Source: Nymphaea colorata (lineage: Eukaryota). From it: a stretch of DNA of 64,000 nt. How positions within the stretch are numbered: the first letter of the stretch is position 1; each line of letters begins with the position of its first letter. The DNA lies in assembly GCF_008831285.2 (NCBI RefSeq), contig NC_045138.2:23684001-23748000 (forward strand), in the 5' to 3' direction. A program made the position numbers and the translations under genes. The notes below the pieces were generated by a model. The model searched no databases and had not been told where the DNA came from. It saw only the letters and a list, made by a program, of their open reading frames with translations. This document shows positions 12,936 through 23,789 of this stretch, in pieces.

Positions 12936-15073
12936 AAACAGAGCCGACTCCGTTTTGAATGATTCCAGGCTCGATTTAGATCTAGATTGAGTTTTAAGTT
13001 TGAAATGTTTGATTTGGATCTAAACTTTAGTTTTAGATCTAACTCAGATCCGAAAGTTTGATTTTGGATTTCAATATGGCGTCTGAAGTTGTGTTTTGAA
13101 TTTGAATTTTTTGTTTGAGTTCAGACAAAGGTCTAGAAATTCATTTTGGATTGAATAGTTACGAATTTTATTTTGGGTCCAGGATTTGGCTTGTGGTCTA
13201 AAAATTTAAATCCAAATAACTGAGAATTTTGTTTGGGTGAAAATTAAATACAATCTTTTTTGAAAAAATTTGGTGTGATAACAAATACCAAATGCAATGC
13301 ACTTACTCTTGGTTCCTAACATACACAAATAAATCAGAATACCTATGCATCCAAACACAATGAATGAATTCAACATGGAAGAAGTTGAAAATGTTATTTT
13401 TTTTTCATTTAAGTAACCTTAAACTGTGAGGGGGGAAGAGATCTGCTGCAAACAATGGCTATAATCCCCCCATTTGGACAATAATTTCAATATATAAAGA
13501 AAGAGCCTGATTATAGATCGGAACAATCTACCAAATTGAGATTTATAGCCCAATCCCCCTTGTCTACTAGTTATTTTGTTTCTCAACTTACTATCAGGTA
13601 AGTCATACTTTTGCTCTTACATCTGCATCTCTCATCTATGCTCATGTATTGACAGAGGAGAATGATAGACACTTTGTCTTAGTCATTTGGATTGTGTGCA
13701 TGTGTGTGTGGGTGTGCAATTTTTCAAAACAACCATGGTTAATGTTTTGTATTCATGTTGAACACCAAGCTTCATTTACGACCTTCAACATTTTGAACGT
13801 ACATGATATGTCATAGCATCTTTGGTTATATTGGAACCTGGTCTCATATTCAGACACTTTGCATTAATTCCTATATATGATATGGTTATAAACCAGTCCT
13901 ATATAAACTTACCAAGAAAGAGATCAAATTCCAATGGCCACAAGCATGGGTAGCTATTTCTAAGTTTTGACTATTTACCGGCTGCACTTAAAAACCACAA
14001 CCTCCAAATACCCTCATTCTTGATATTTTCTTAAGGAACAACAATAAGGTGGAGGACAGGACACTAGAATTTTTGTTGGGGAACCATCATCTCCCATGAA
14101 AATGACCAGTTAAATTTATTTTCTATTAAAATGAAACATCAAAGACCACATCAATCAAACTGAGCATATTCTGAATTCCTTTTCCTTTCTATTGGTCAAT
14201 TTTAGATGCCATATGCTCCATCACGAGGAGTTTTATAAGTCCTTAAAAAAGGCTCCGTAATAAAATCCTGAGCAAAAAATTGTAAATTTTGGAATACGAT
14301 ATGAAACACATTACTGTTGAGCCACAGTGACCTACCCTGGTAATCCTGAGAAAGTCGATCAACACCACTACCCTGCTGAAGTAACATAATCTTGCAGATG
14401 GACTAGAACAAGAATATTGTAGCATTTTATCCAGAAATACAATTGAATAATTATACAACTGTTGCACACGATGGACAAAATTTAGCACAGCCAATGCAGG
14501 GGTCACATCACCGATCTGATTAACCAGATTTTCTGTTGCACTTTCACCAGAATGCATATGGTGTGTGAAAGCCTGCACAAAACCACAAACAAGTAATTAA
14601 TCCACCAAGAAGAATCTTTATGTTCTATGAGAACTGTGGCACGCAAGCAATCCATCGAGTAATTACAAACACCTCTTGATGGAAACAAGACAGGTACATT
14701 TAAACAAACAACTTGAGTCATTAACGTGTACCATAGCATGCACAAGCCTCTGTCAATGCATAAACTAACAAGCAATAATAATCCAAAGCAGCAACATAGC
14801 AACTCCGTGATGCTATAACATTAAAAGATATGAATCTCAGCTTTCCAACATATTTCAAGCTAATGAAATGAAGACATGTGCATACTCAATTAATTGGGTG
14901 CAATGTTGCAAACCAAATATTGCATTTCTTCTTCAATTTATAAAGCAAATTCAGAAAAAACATCATGTTACTAGCATCAATAAAGTCTAGAGCTCGCCTT
15001 TCAAATGCTGTGGAACCTGGAAACCATCACAACTGATGCCAAAGGTTGCCAAAAATTGAATGTCCTGTGAATG

Positions 15074-15144
15074 CTAGCTTCCAGGTCCCAGTTGAAGGAG
15101 TTTTTCTGCTTGCTCTGGAAAAAGAGTAATGAAAAGATATGCAC
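15074..15144 (-). CDS. STR11: Rhodanese-like domain protein 11, chloroplastic: exon 6 (last coding exon)
   Basis: Acceptor ctgcag|; encodes (C)AYLFITLFPEQAEKLLQLGPGS*, TAG at 15076-15074. Matches the STR11 C-terminus. Confidence 0.9.
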
Positions 15145-15867
15145 CTGCAGAGCGAGTGAAGATGAACTAGCATAGAACTGATTCCTCACAATATCCATAG
15201 GAAATCAAATGTTTAACTTCAACCTGTCTAACTTGTTTTATTATTTCACATAGTACCAAGAAAGCAGGAGGATACTCTAAAGTGAGACAATGTCAATGAG
15301 GTAATCACTGAATTGATCAATCACATAGACATATATTAGCAATAAAAACAGATGCAACCAAACAACATCATGCTTAACATTTGAAAGGCTCCCAAACAGT
15401 GACAAACAACCAGTGGAGAGCACAAAAGCAGTAAAATGCATATGATAACTTGTACTGAGAATCGGAGAATCAATTTTGACTAATCAACAAAAATCACAAA
15501 ATTTCACTATAAATATATAAGCTATGAAAAAAACTCATAAAACAAAGAAATAATGCTATCAAATATAAACTAAAAGCCTATTACATAGAACAAAATAAAC
15601 GTGAAAACATAAGATAAAAAGCTATCTGAACACATCAATTGTGATTTTCTTTTGATCAATGAAATGTGTGGAAAAATATATTATAGATGAAACACACAAA
15701 AACTATCTGAGCATAAGCATCAAGAAAGGGCAAAGTGAGCCTCACAATTGATAAGTGTTGTAAGGCAACCTATTACATAAATACGAAGAAAAACAACTGG
15801 ATAGTTCTTTCCATTTCCTACTAATACTAAAGCTTGTTATTGGTACTGAGATAAAGAGCTGACTTAC

Positions 15868-15972
15868 AGATGAGTGCAGTGCCTAAAACTGCTGAGATCT
15901 TTCCTTGAACTGTCACAAGACCTGCTTTGCCAGCATTCTGCAGCTCTGTGGATCCAACAGAGTCAAAATTTC
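15868..15972 (-). CDS. STR11: STR11 exon 5
   Basis: atgcag| ... |gtaagt; encodes (G)NFDSVGSTELQNAGKAGLVTVQGKISAVLGTALI. Confidence 0.92.
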
Positions 15973-16063
15973 CTGCATCCATATGAAAATACACCATATT
16001 CTCATGAGAATGTAAATGTGATGCTCTATGGAGATTTCAATTTGTCGGATGATGACTGAAAAC

Positions 16064-16149
16064 CTGGCTTTACTGACTGAAGGCCAGATGTAAGGCAAGC
16101 TACATTTTGAAAGCCCTCTGCCTCAAGCTGATTAGCAGCTGCAGTTGAC
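16064..16149 (-). CDS. STR11: STR11 exon 4
   Basis: gtcag| ... |gtttt; encodes (R)STAAANQLEAEGFQNVACLTSGLQSVKP. Confidence 0.92.
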
Positions 16150-17093
16150 CTGACACAACAAAAGTCAGTTACAACTTATAAGCAACTGCGAACAGATTGA
16201 CCACGGGGTCAATTCCTAAGTGACTTGTTTGAAGTGTGTGAATGTCAGCATATGCTATCCTTGATGGGGTTTAATTTACCTAGAGGACAGTAGTCCCAGT
16301 CTCATGGGGGGAAAGGACAGAGACAGAGGCTCGAAAAATGGCAGAGAAAGCATGGAATAGGTCAGAGTTTCTAAAATCATGGAAATGAGTTTAACAAATA
16401 ACTGTCTCTACATAACTAAAAAAATATTACAACTTAACTTTCTGCATGCTTGAGTTTTGCAAAAAAACATGCAAACGTGTATAACAAATAACTGTATCTG
16501 TGATTCTGCACACTTAGCCACATATTAGGATTTAATTTTCCTAAATATTACGATCTAATTTTCCTAGATGCATCAAAGGTTATGATATTTGAATGGTGGT
16601 ATTACTTAAGCAACAGAAAATTACAATAGAATACATGAGAAACATTTATTGCACAAGTTCATAGCACAAGGCTGTACGAATTTATATGGTTATTCCATAT
16701 TCTGTATTGTACAATTTAAGGGTAAAAATTTGAGAGAATGATCACAAAGTCTATCTAAAGGCATGTAACATGCATTTCATAGGATAATGGGAATGATTAT
16801 AACATGTATGCTCCAAATATTGCAATTGATGAAAACTTTAGTAACCAGCCTGTCTAGTATAATACTTTAAGATCTGAAACAGCCTCAAAGCAATATTCAG
16901 CTGTACCTCAATTGTTGGTCTGGACTTGGCTTTCAAGTAAGAATGAACCATTATAAACATGGACCTCATATTTTAAATTAAATTCAAAACTTCTGTCATT
17001 ATCTCTAAGGAGTTAGAAGGAACCTAACAGTTGATGAACAACCTGCTATGATGAACAATTAGGAATATAGAAGTTGATAGGGCATTTGCTGAC

Positions 17094-17244
17094 CTCAATC
17101 CTTCCTGACAAACTAGCAATATTTTGCTGTCGAGTGTGAAACTTTTCTTAACAGATCCAATGAAGTCAGGGTTCGGCTTAGTGAAGGGCAAACCAAAAAA
17201 TAAGCCTGAGAAATTGTTGTGAACAGTTCTCTTGACAATTGTGC
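17094..17244 (-). CDS. STR11: STR11 exon 3 (rhodanese active-site loop CQEGLR)
   Basis: ctacag| ... |gtcagc; encodes (G)TIVKRTVHNNFSGLFFGLPFTKPNPDFIGSVKKSFTLDSKILLVCQEGL. Confidence 0.93.
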
Positions 17245-17893
17245 CTGTAGAATTTAGAGAGAAGAAATGCTCTTGAGAGAGATAATTCGGATATGAATGA
17301 AACAAATATAGATAAAAAGATAAAGACATTACAACATACAAAATTCAAGATAAGCCTGAATAATTTGAGGACGGAAAAATCAGAAAAGGTGACATGCTTA
17401 TTTTTTAAAACAAGATTTTGGAGACAAAAGCTGTTTCAACAATAAGGAAAATAGCAACTTCATTACTCTGCAAAACATGTGAAAAAGGTGCAGCATAAAT
17501 ATTGCCAACCCACTTTCAGTATAACATTGCATTTTTCTTTTAGTCTTAGTAAGATACTCGTCTGAGAACCAAAGCATAGTCATTCTCAAGATTATTGGGA
17601 GTAGTCAGTGCAAGCTAATCTGAGGTAGATGTATGATGGTAATTGACAGGCACCAAATAGTTGGATGCCAAAAAATATACTATTTATGTTTTCTTCTCAG
17701 AACAAACTGATATTATCTTCCTACTGCATTCTTGTCAGAAAATCATGCACAAAGTATGCACAGGCATACAACAAGCATTGCTAAGAAATCTTAACCAAGC
17801 TCAATGTTAATGGACCCAACCGACATACTCCGAGTCAAGGTAGATGCAATGATCAATATAAGTAGGAATGAATAAATAAAATGCACGCCATAC

Positions 17894-18135
17894 CAAAATC
17901 GTTGTCTGTGTTCTCAATGAAGAGAGGCACATGATAACAAGATTTTATGTGGGCTCGCTCATATTGAGTTTTATCACGCACATCCACAATGACATAACCA
18001 CCCAATTTAACAAGTTCTTCTGCTTCTTTGCTATCTACAAATTTGACCTCAGCTCTAGTTGTCATGCTTTGCCTAATAGATGATTTCCTGGTGGTTCTTC
18101 CAACATGGTTAAGCTTGAACGGTACCAGATAGGTC
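17894..18135 (-). CDS. STR11: STR11 exon 2
   Basis: atgcag| ... |gtatgg; encodes the transit-peptide end plus RAEVKFVDSKEAEELVKLGGYVIVDVRDKTQYERAHIKSCYHVPLFIENTDNDF. Confidence 0.9.
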
Positions 18136-18285
18136 CTGCATTCCCACATAAGACATTACTGTCGACAAGGATGCTTTGTTCAGAAGGAAAACGACATAAT
18201 ATGATCATCTAAACAAAGACATCACAAAAGACTGCTAAGACATTACATCAAGTCAGTGTATTATGTATCTTATTTGTTTATAGTC

Positions 18286-18656
18286 CATAGCCACAAAAAA
18301 CTTTCTCAGGTTTTAAACAGTGAGGTTTTTCTCGGGTGTAATATGACAAGCTTGAAAAAAAGGGAGAAAATACAATAAATTTTTAAAATTAAAAAAAATG
18401 AGGAAAAAATAAATAAGTGATAAACTAATAATACAAACATCAAAAAATAAGTAGATTTGCAAAAAATAAAAATTAGAAAATGGAAAAAAACTGTTTGGCA
18501 TTAAAAAACGTGAAAAAATAAATAAAATGAAAAAAAAGGAAAAAATCGTGTTTTTTTCATTTTAACATTTTTTTACGAGTTATACGGCTAATTTTTTTTA
18601 TTGCATTTTTTCGCTGTGTTTTGTTCTTGGAAAAAGACACATTTTTGGTGACCATG
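18286..18656. mobile_element. hAT-type MITE in STR11 intron 1, same family as 34422-34744 but in opposite orientation
   Basis: Ends CATAGCCACA / GGTGACCATG. Internal TTTCTCGGGTGTAATATGACAAG is near reverse-complementary to TTGTCATATTATACCTGAGAAA (~34681). TSD not preserved. Confidence 0.55.
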
Positions 18657-18712
18657 GTTTACACACAAACAGGTTATTTATTATATAGTATTACAACATC
18701 TATATATAACCA

Positions 18713-18778
18713 ATGAAATATCTATATTCGAACTAATGCCACCATATGAAATATCTATATTCGAACTAATGCCACCAT
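18713..18778. repeat. Perfect 33-bp tandem duplication
   Basis: ATGAAATATCTATATTCGAACTAATGCCACCAT x2. Confidence 0.95.
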
Positions 18779-19309
18779 CCAATATCCAGTACCGGGATAT
18801 GGAAGTCTTCTATTTATACTTCTCCTCTTATCCCTAAAGACATAAAACATACTGCTTCCTCACTTTTGTTGCACAGTGGTCCAGTAAAATTCAATCAATA
18901 TGTTTTCCATAATATTCTTAAAATCTGAATTATATATGAAAGATACTTAAAAATAAACATGCTGCAGTTAGAAATAATATATCAGAATCCAATGACATAT
19001 GAACAAGAAAAGCCGCCCCACTAAGAGTACAAGAAATTAATAGATGGGATACCTTATCTGATATAGAAAATATTTTTTGACACTTTTGTTAGAGACACAG
19101 CCCTTCAAACTGATAGTGGCTATTAGATCTTCAAATGCCATGCATCTACAAGGGTCTACTTGGAAATCGACCATACCATACTCCCCAAATTTGCTGGCAA
19201 ATGATTTCAAATCGTTGAATTTCAGGACACCAAACACAAAGTGGATTCATGCTTCCTTGGCAGATGGGAAGATTGGACCACAACAGATTTGTGAATTTCT
19301 GATCGGTAT

Positions 19310-19645
19310 CTACGTGTGATATGGCCAAGTACCTGTGTAAGTACGTAGGTACAGCGACATGGGTATGTGGGTACATCTGAGTACAGATGTATTTTAAAAC
19401 TTAAAAATTTATCATTACAATTTTAATTTTGCTTTAATTTTGATTTTCCCTTCTTTTTATTTCCCTTCCACCCAGGTTCTATAGTTTTCTCCTTCTTTTC
19501 TTTAATTTTGAGAACTTTTGTGGATTATTATATGTATAATGTATATATTTATATACATGCTCTGCCGTAGCCCCATACCCATAATTTTCGAAACTGGTGT
19601 ACCATACCCTCACTGCCGTGGCCGTACCACACCCATGTGACATAG
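19310..19645. mobile_element. Degenerate hAT-type MITE (GTAC/CCGTACC motifs)
   Basis: Right end CCCATGTGACATAG; GGGTA/GTAC-rich left part and TACCC/CCGTACC-rich right part flank an AT-rich core. Confidence 0.4.
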
Positions 19646-21039
19646 ATAATTAATTTTCCTCTCTCAGAGACTCCTTCTTAACATCGGCTTGAGAATACTC
19701 AAGTTTTCCATATAAAACTCCATTGATACGATATGGAAATAGGACCTTTGACCATTATGAACCTTACATCATTGAAATTGGAAATAAAACTTGTCTTTTC
19801 ATCTGCTTATTTGCACTTTTTTTTCTTTTTTGTTCAGTAAAATATGGTGCAGGCAATCAGTTCCAAACGTCCTCACAGCCCCATTTTTCTCACAAGTTAC
19901 AGATCAACTCAAAATGGAACAGCAAATAATAATGTTGATGCTGATGAGGTAATCGCAACAACATGCAAATTCTGACATCTAGCGTGCTCTTGAAACAAAG
20001 GTGTCATTCAATTTCATGCACAAAAATATGGCTGAAAAGCCAAGACTGAAGGGGTTCATCTTACAGAAAATCATTAGCTTGGACACCCAAAAGCTTGGTA
20101 GCCAATACGTGCAATGATTTAAGAAATCCAATAAATGAAGATCAAAACGAGGCAGGCTGCACTAAATACTAGCTCAAGACTTCAGAGAATATGATATTTC
20201 CGTAAATTGAAATGGCTCCATGCAAATGTATGAGAAGGCTGCAGAGTGCGTGTATAGGTTTTATAATTTTGACAAATCAACTTAAAAACTGGCTAGAAAA
20301 TGAAGACCAGCAAAGAATTGAATGTGCAAAAAGCAGGTTAAATCATCAATTAGCTGAGATAGAAGAACATTAGAAAAGTAGCATGCCCAAGCAAGGAGGC
20401 TTCTCTCCAAGAACCTGACATATTCAACAACCCTTCCGATACCATGTCCGTCTCAAGAATTCCACGGCGATGAGGTGGAATCGAATTAGCATTCGTGTTC
20501 CAACTCTTCTGACTTCATGAAGGAGGCCAACCTCAGCCTTTTCTTCCGTCGTTCAAAAAATGGGTCTTCTAGAACTATCCTTTTCTCTTTTCTGGTTGGC
20601 TACAGCCTCAAGAACGATCTTAATTAGACAACCTAAACTGGACTAATAACAAGAAATCAAAAATAAAGTTTTCCTCATCCTTTCGGCTACACTGTCATGA
20701 TGATATCCGCAAGGGAAATCATTTTTTCGATCCCAACGGACCCAATTTTCAAGAAAATACAAACTAAAATCAAGATGAAATAACTCATTTGGTGAAAATT
20801 AAGTGAATGTAGAAACCAATTGACTACGACTACGTTCTAATCAGAGAAGCAAAATACTGTTATTTTACAACACAAGCGAGTGAAATCGAAATACCAAAAA
20901 AAAAGGACTCGTTAACGAGTATCAACCAAGCAAACAAGACCCCATTGGGAATACCTCTTAACTACAGAAGAATGCATAAAGGAAATATCAAGAAAACCTT
21001 GTCTACTCAGTAGGATGGACAAATGCAAACTTGAGCACC

Positions 21040-21073
<34 letters not shown>

Positions 21074-21076
<3 letters not shown>

Positions 21077-21117
21077 GACGAACCCAAGGCAGTGGTACAG
21101 AAGCTAACAGACGCCAT
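21074..21117 (-). CDS. STR11: STR11 exon 1 (start; chloroplast transit-peptide-like)
   Basis: ATG at 21117; MASVSFCTTALGSS plus AG|gt, phase-compatible with exon 2. The joined CDS is 699 nt (232 aa plus stop) with no internal stop. Confidence 0.8.
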
Positions 21118-21489
21118 CCGATTCTTTTTCTTCTTCCCTTCAACTTTTCGAACTCAAGCCCTGTTCAGACTTGCCATCGAGAGAAAGATGGAAAGAGACC
21201 GATCCCCTCGCTTTCGGGGCTGTTCCCGGTGCCGAATCGGATATCTCGGGGAACAAAATGAAGCCAATCATATGCCGCCAAGTGGCTTTCTAATCTAATA
21301 ACTGAAAGATATCAGTGCACCAGTATTTGTCTCATGCTGCTGTGCGCAGCCGGAGGACAAGATGGTCCTCCTCTTTTACTATTTCAAGGAATTCACAAAA
21401 CAACCCCAGGGTTTGAGAAACTATTTCAACTGCCCAAATTTTAAGGTTTCTTTTCAAACTTTCAAAATAATTACAAGAGTAAATTTGCA

Positions 21490-21874
21490 TAAATATCTGA
21501 TTTGGATCCCATATCTTATCTAACTTTTTCGAAAAAGTAGGATATGAAAAGAAAAATTAATATCCAAGTAAGAGATCAGATCAGATTTTGATTTTAAAAA
21601 ATGACATCTGATCACATTCAGATTTGGAGCGAATGTAGTTTTAAATGCATATCTTAAATTCGGCCAGTTTCGGTTCAAATTTTTGGATTCATATATAAAT
21701 GTAAAGATCATATTTTGATTGGATTCAAATTGTGAAATCAAATTTTAAATTTGGATTCGTATTCATGTATGTCTTTTCTTTCTTCACATTTAAATCTCAA
21801 TATGTGAATATTCAAAAAAGTGGATATAATTAAACATATATTTTTGATTTGAATCTCATCCATTGATATCCCTA
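21490..21874. mobile_element. hAT-type MITE remnant (GGAT/ATCC motifs) upstream of STR11
   Basis: Repeated ATTTGGAT/GGATTC motifs and right end ATCCATTGATATCCCTA. Left TIR not clear. Confidence 0.5.
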
Positions 21875-22525
21875 ATAATGAAGGTCCAACTCAAATGATG
21901 TTTTTTTTTTTTTTTATCTTTGATGGACTAGAATAATTTTTCAAAAAATTTACTCCAAAAAAATGTTCCATTTCACAGTGGGATTGGAAAAATTTAGAAG
22001 GAAAAATGTTTTGGTACGTTTGATGACCTGAAATAATAATTTGGTAAACATGTCTTTACTTTTTGAGTTGGAAAATGTAACCATTGGGATTTAGAAGATG
22101 GTTAACTGATCCACATGTACAACCACATCGAACAGTGTTGTGATATGTTTTCACATCATAGCCATTGCAGAAAATGAAGAGGGAAAACGAGAGATAGAAG
22201 TGTTGTGGCTCACATAAAAAATGTGCTAATAGAATCAGAGATCTACACTACAAAAACAAGAACATAGCACAACCAAAAAGAAAGAAAAGTTATTCCACCT
22301 TAGACGCTTTTCTTTTCTGGTATCAAGCCACCGATAACCGATTATAGGTTTTATGGGATAGAATGTTCAGTTGATGTCAATAAGTTTCATAATATGGCAC
22401 TGCTAACTCTCAATTTCAAATATTATATGAGGACTGGTTTGCTACATTGATAGCAAATGGTTAAATTTTTATGATGATAGTTTAAGGATTTTGAAATCAT
22501 TTTCTGTATGATATTGATATCGAGT

Positions 22526-22792
22526 GGAGCTAGAAATTTTTCATGGGTGGGGAGGGGGAACCGAATTAAAATTTCTAAATTTTGACAGAGACTTAAATAT
22601 CATTTTTTAAAATTTTAATATAAAAACAAGTAATTTTTTCTAAAATTTACATGTAAGTTTAAAAAAAAAGTTTGCATATAAATTTTAGAAAATTGTGCTT
22701 GTGGTAAATAAAAATTTTGAAAAATGATATTTCGGTCCGTGTCAAAATTTAGAAACTTTAATTTGACCCCCTCATAAAAAATTTATGGCTCC
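22526..22792. repeat. Long imperfect palindrome made of two MITE halves
   Basis: Left arm GGAGCTAGAAATTTTTCATG...AATTTCTAAATTTTGACAGAGACTTAAATATCATTTTTT pairs with right arm AAAAATGATATTTCGGTCCGTGTCAAAATTTAGAAAC...ATAAAAAATTTATGGCTCC. Pairing extends almost to the centre (~22660). Confidence 0.85.
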
Positions 22793-23789
22793 GGATCTAA
22801 GTGGAGGTGGAGGTCGAGGCAATGGCACCCGACCAACGCTCCACCTCCCCTAACCGTGCAGCCTCCTGCGAAGGGTGGGGGAGCTAGTGGGCTCGCCTGG
22901 CACCCCCACCCAATCATGGGTGGGAGGCGACGGAGAAGGCTGCCGGCCGTTTGGAAGGAAAAGGTGGCTGAGAAAAAAAGAGCCGTTTAATGGCTGAGAT
23001 TTGATGTTCCTTGATGTCCATATAAATAAATAGAGATTCCAATCAGGAATGATCGATCTTTTGCATGGATCGCCTTTTCAAATTTTTTTTTTTCCAATTA
23101 CGATTGGCCTAATGGGGTAGATAGAGGAGAGCCCCAACAGATCGACGCAAGCCGAAAAAAAATTAGGGCTGTCCATCTGAAGTGATCAAACAACCTACCT
23201 AGAGTTATCACTCAATTTTTGTATAGAAGACTTGAAATCAACCGATCAATGTCCATTACTAGATCTTTTTTCATATTTTGTGATACTAAATATTGTCACA
23301 AATACAAATGGTTTATGATTTTTAGCCTTGGAATGCATCATCAACATCACTTTTTAGTGTAGAAAACTAAGTTGTCACAAATACTAAGCTTGAAATGATA
23401 TTTCGGCTATAGAAGCTGATTGACAGATTTCAGTTCTCTCTCTCTCTCTTTATATATATATATATATACATATATAAGGTAAATGTTGTCAAGTTACTAA
23501 AATTTTAAAACTGCCGCTCTTTGAAAGTTTCAAAGTGAATTTGGCAGGATAAGTTTGATACAGTTGAGGTGTTTTTAACTCAAAACAGAAAATAAAAAAA
23601 AAAGGAGTTGTGCTAGGTGCCACCTATTGCTTTTCTTACAAACCTTTGCTACCGTAACGTGCTACCAATGTCATTTAATTACTCTGTTATTTGGAATATA
23701 TATATATATATGAATTTCCCCTTCCGGTTTGAACAGCCGTCTTGTTACAACACAATTTACACAACACACTGCCTGATGATTTTATACCC

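Noticed and set aside
18713..18778. Short direct repeats as a CRISPR-like array (also 39118, 51798, 59016)
   Set aside because: Two adjacent copies with no spacers in eukaryotic DNA; ordinary tandem duplications.
22246..23360. CACTACAAAAA ... TTTTTAGTG as CACTA termini
   Set aside because: Short match, no 3-bp TSD and no subterminal repeats.
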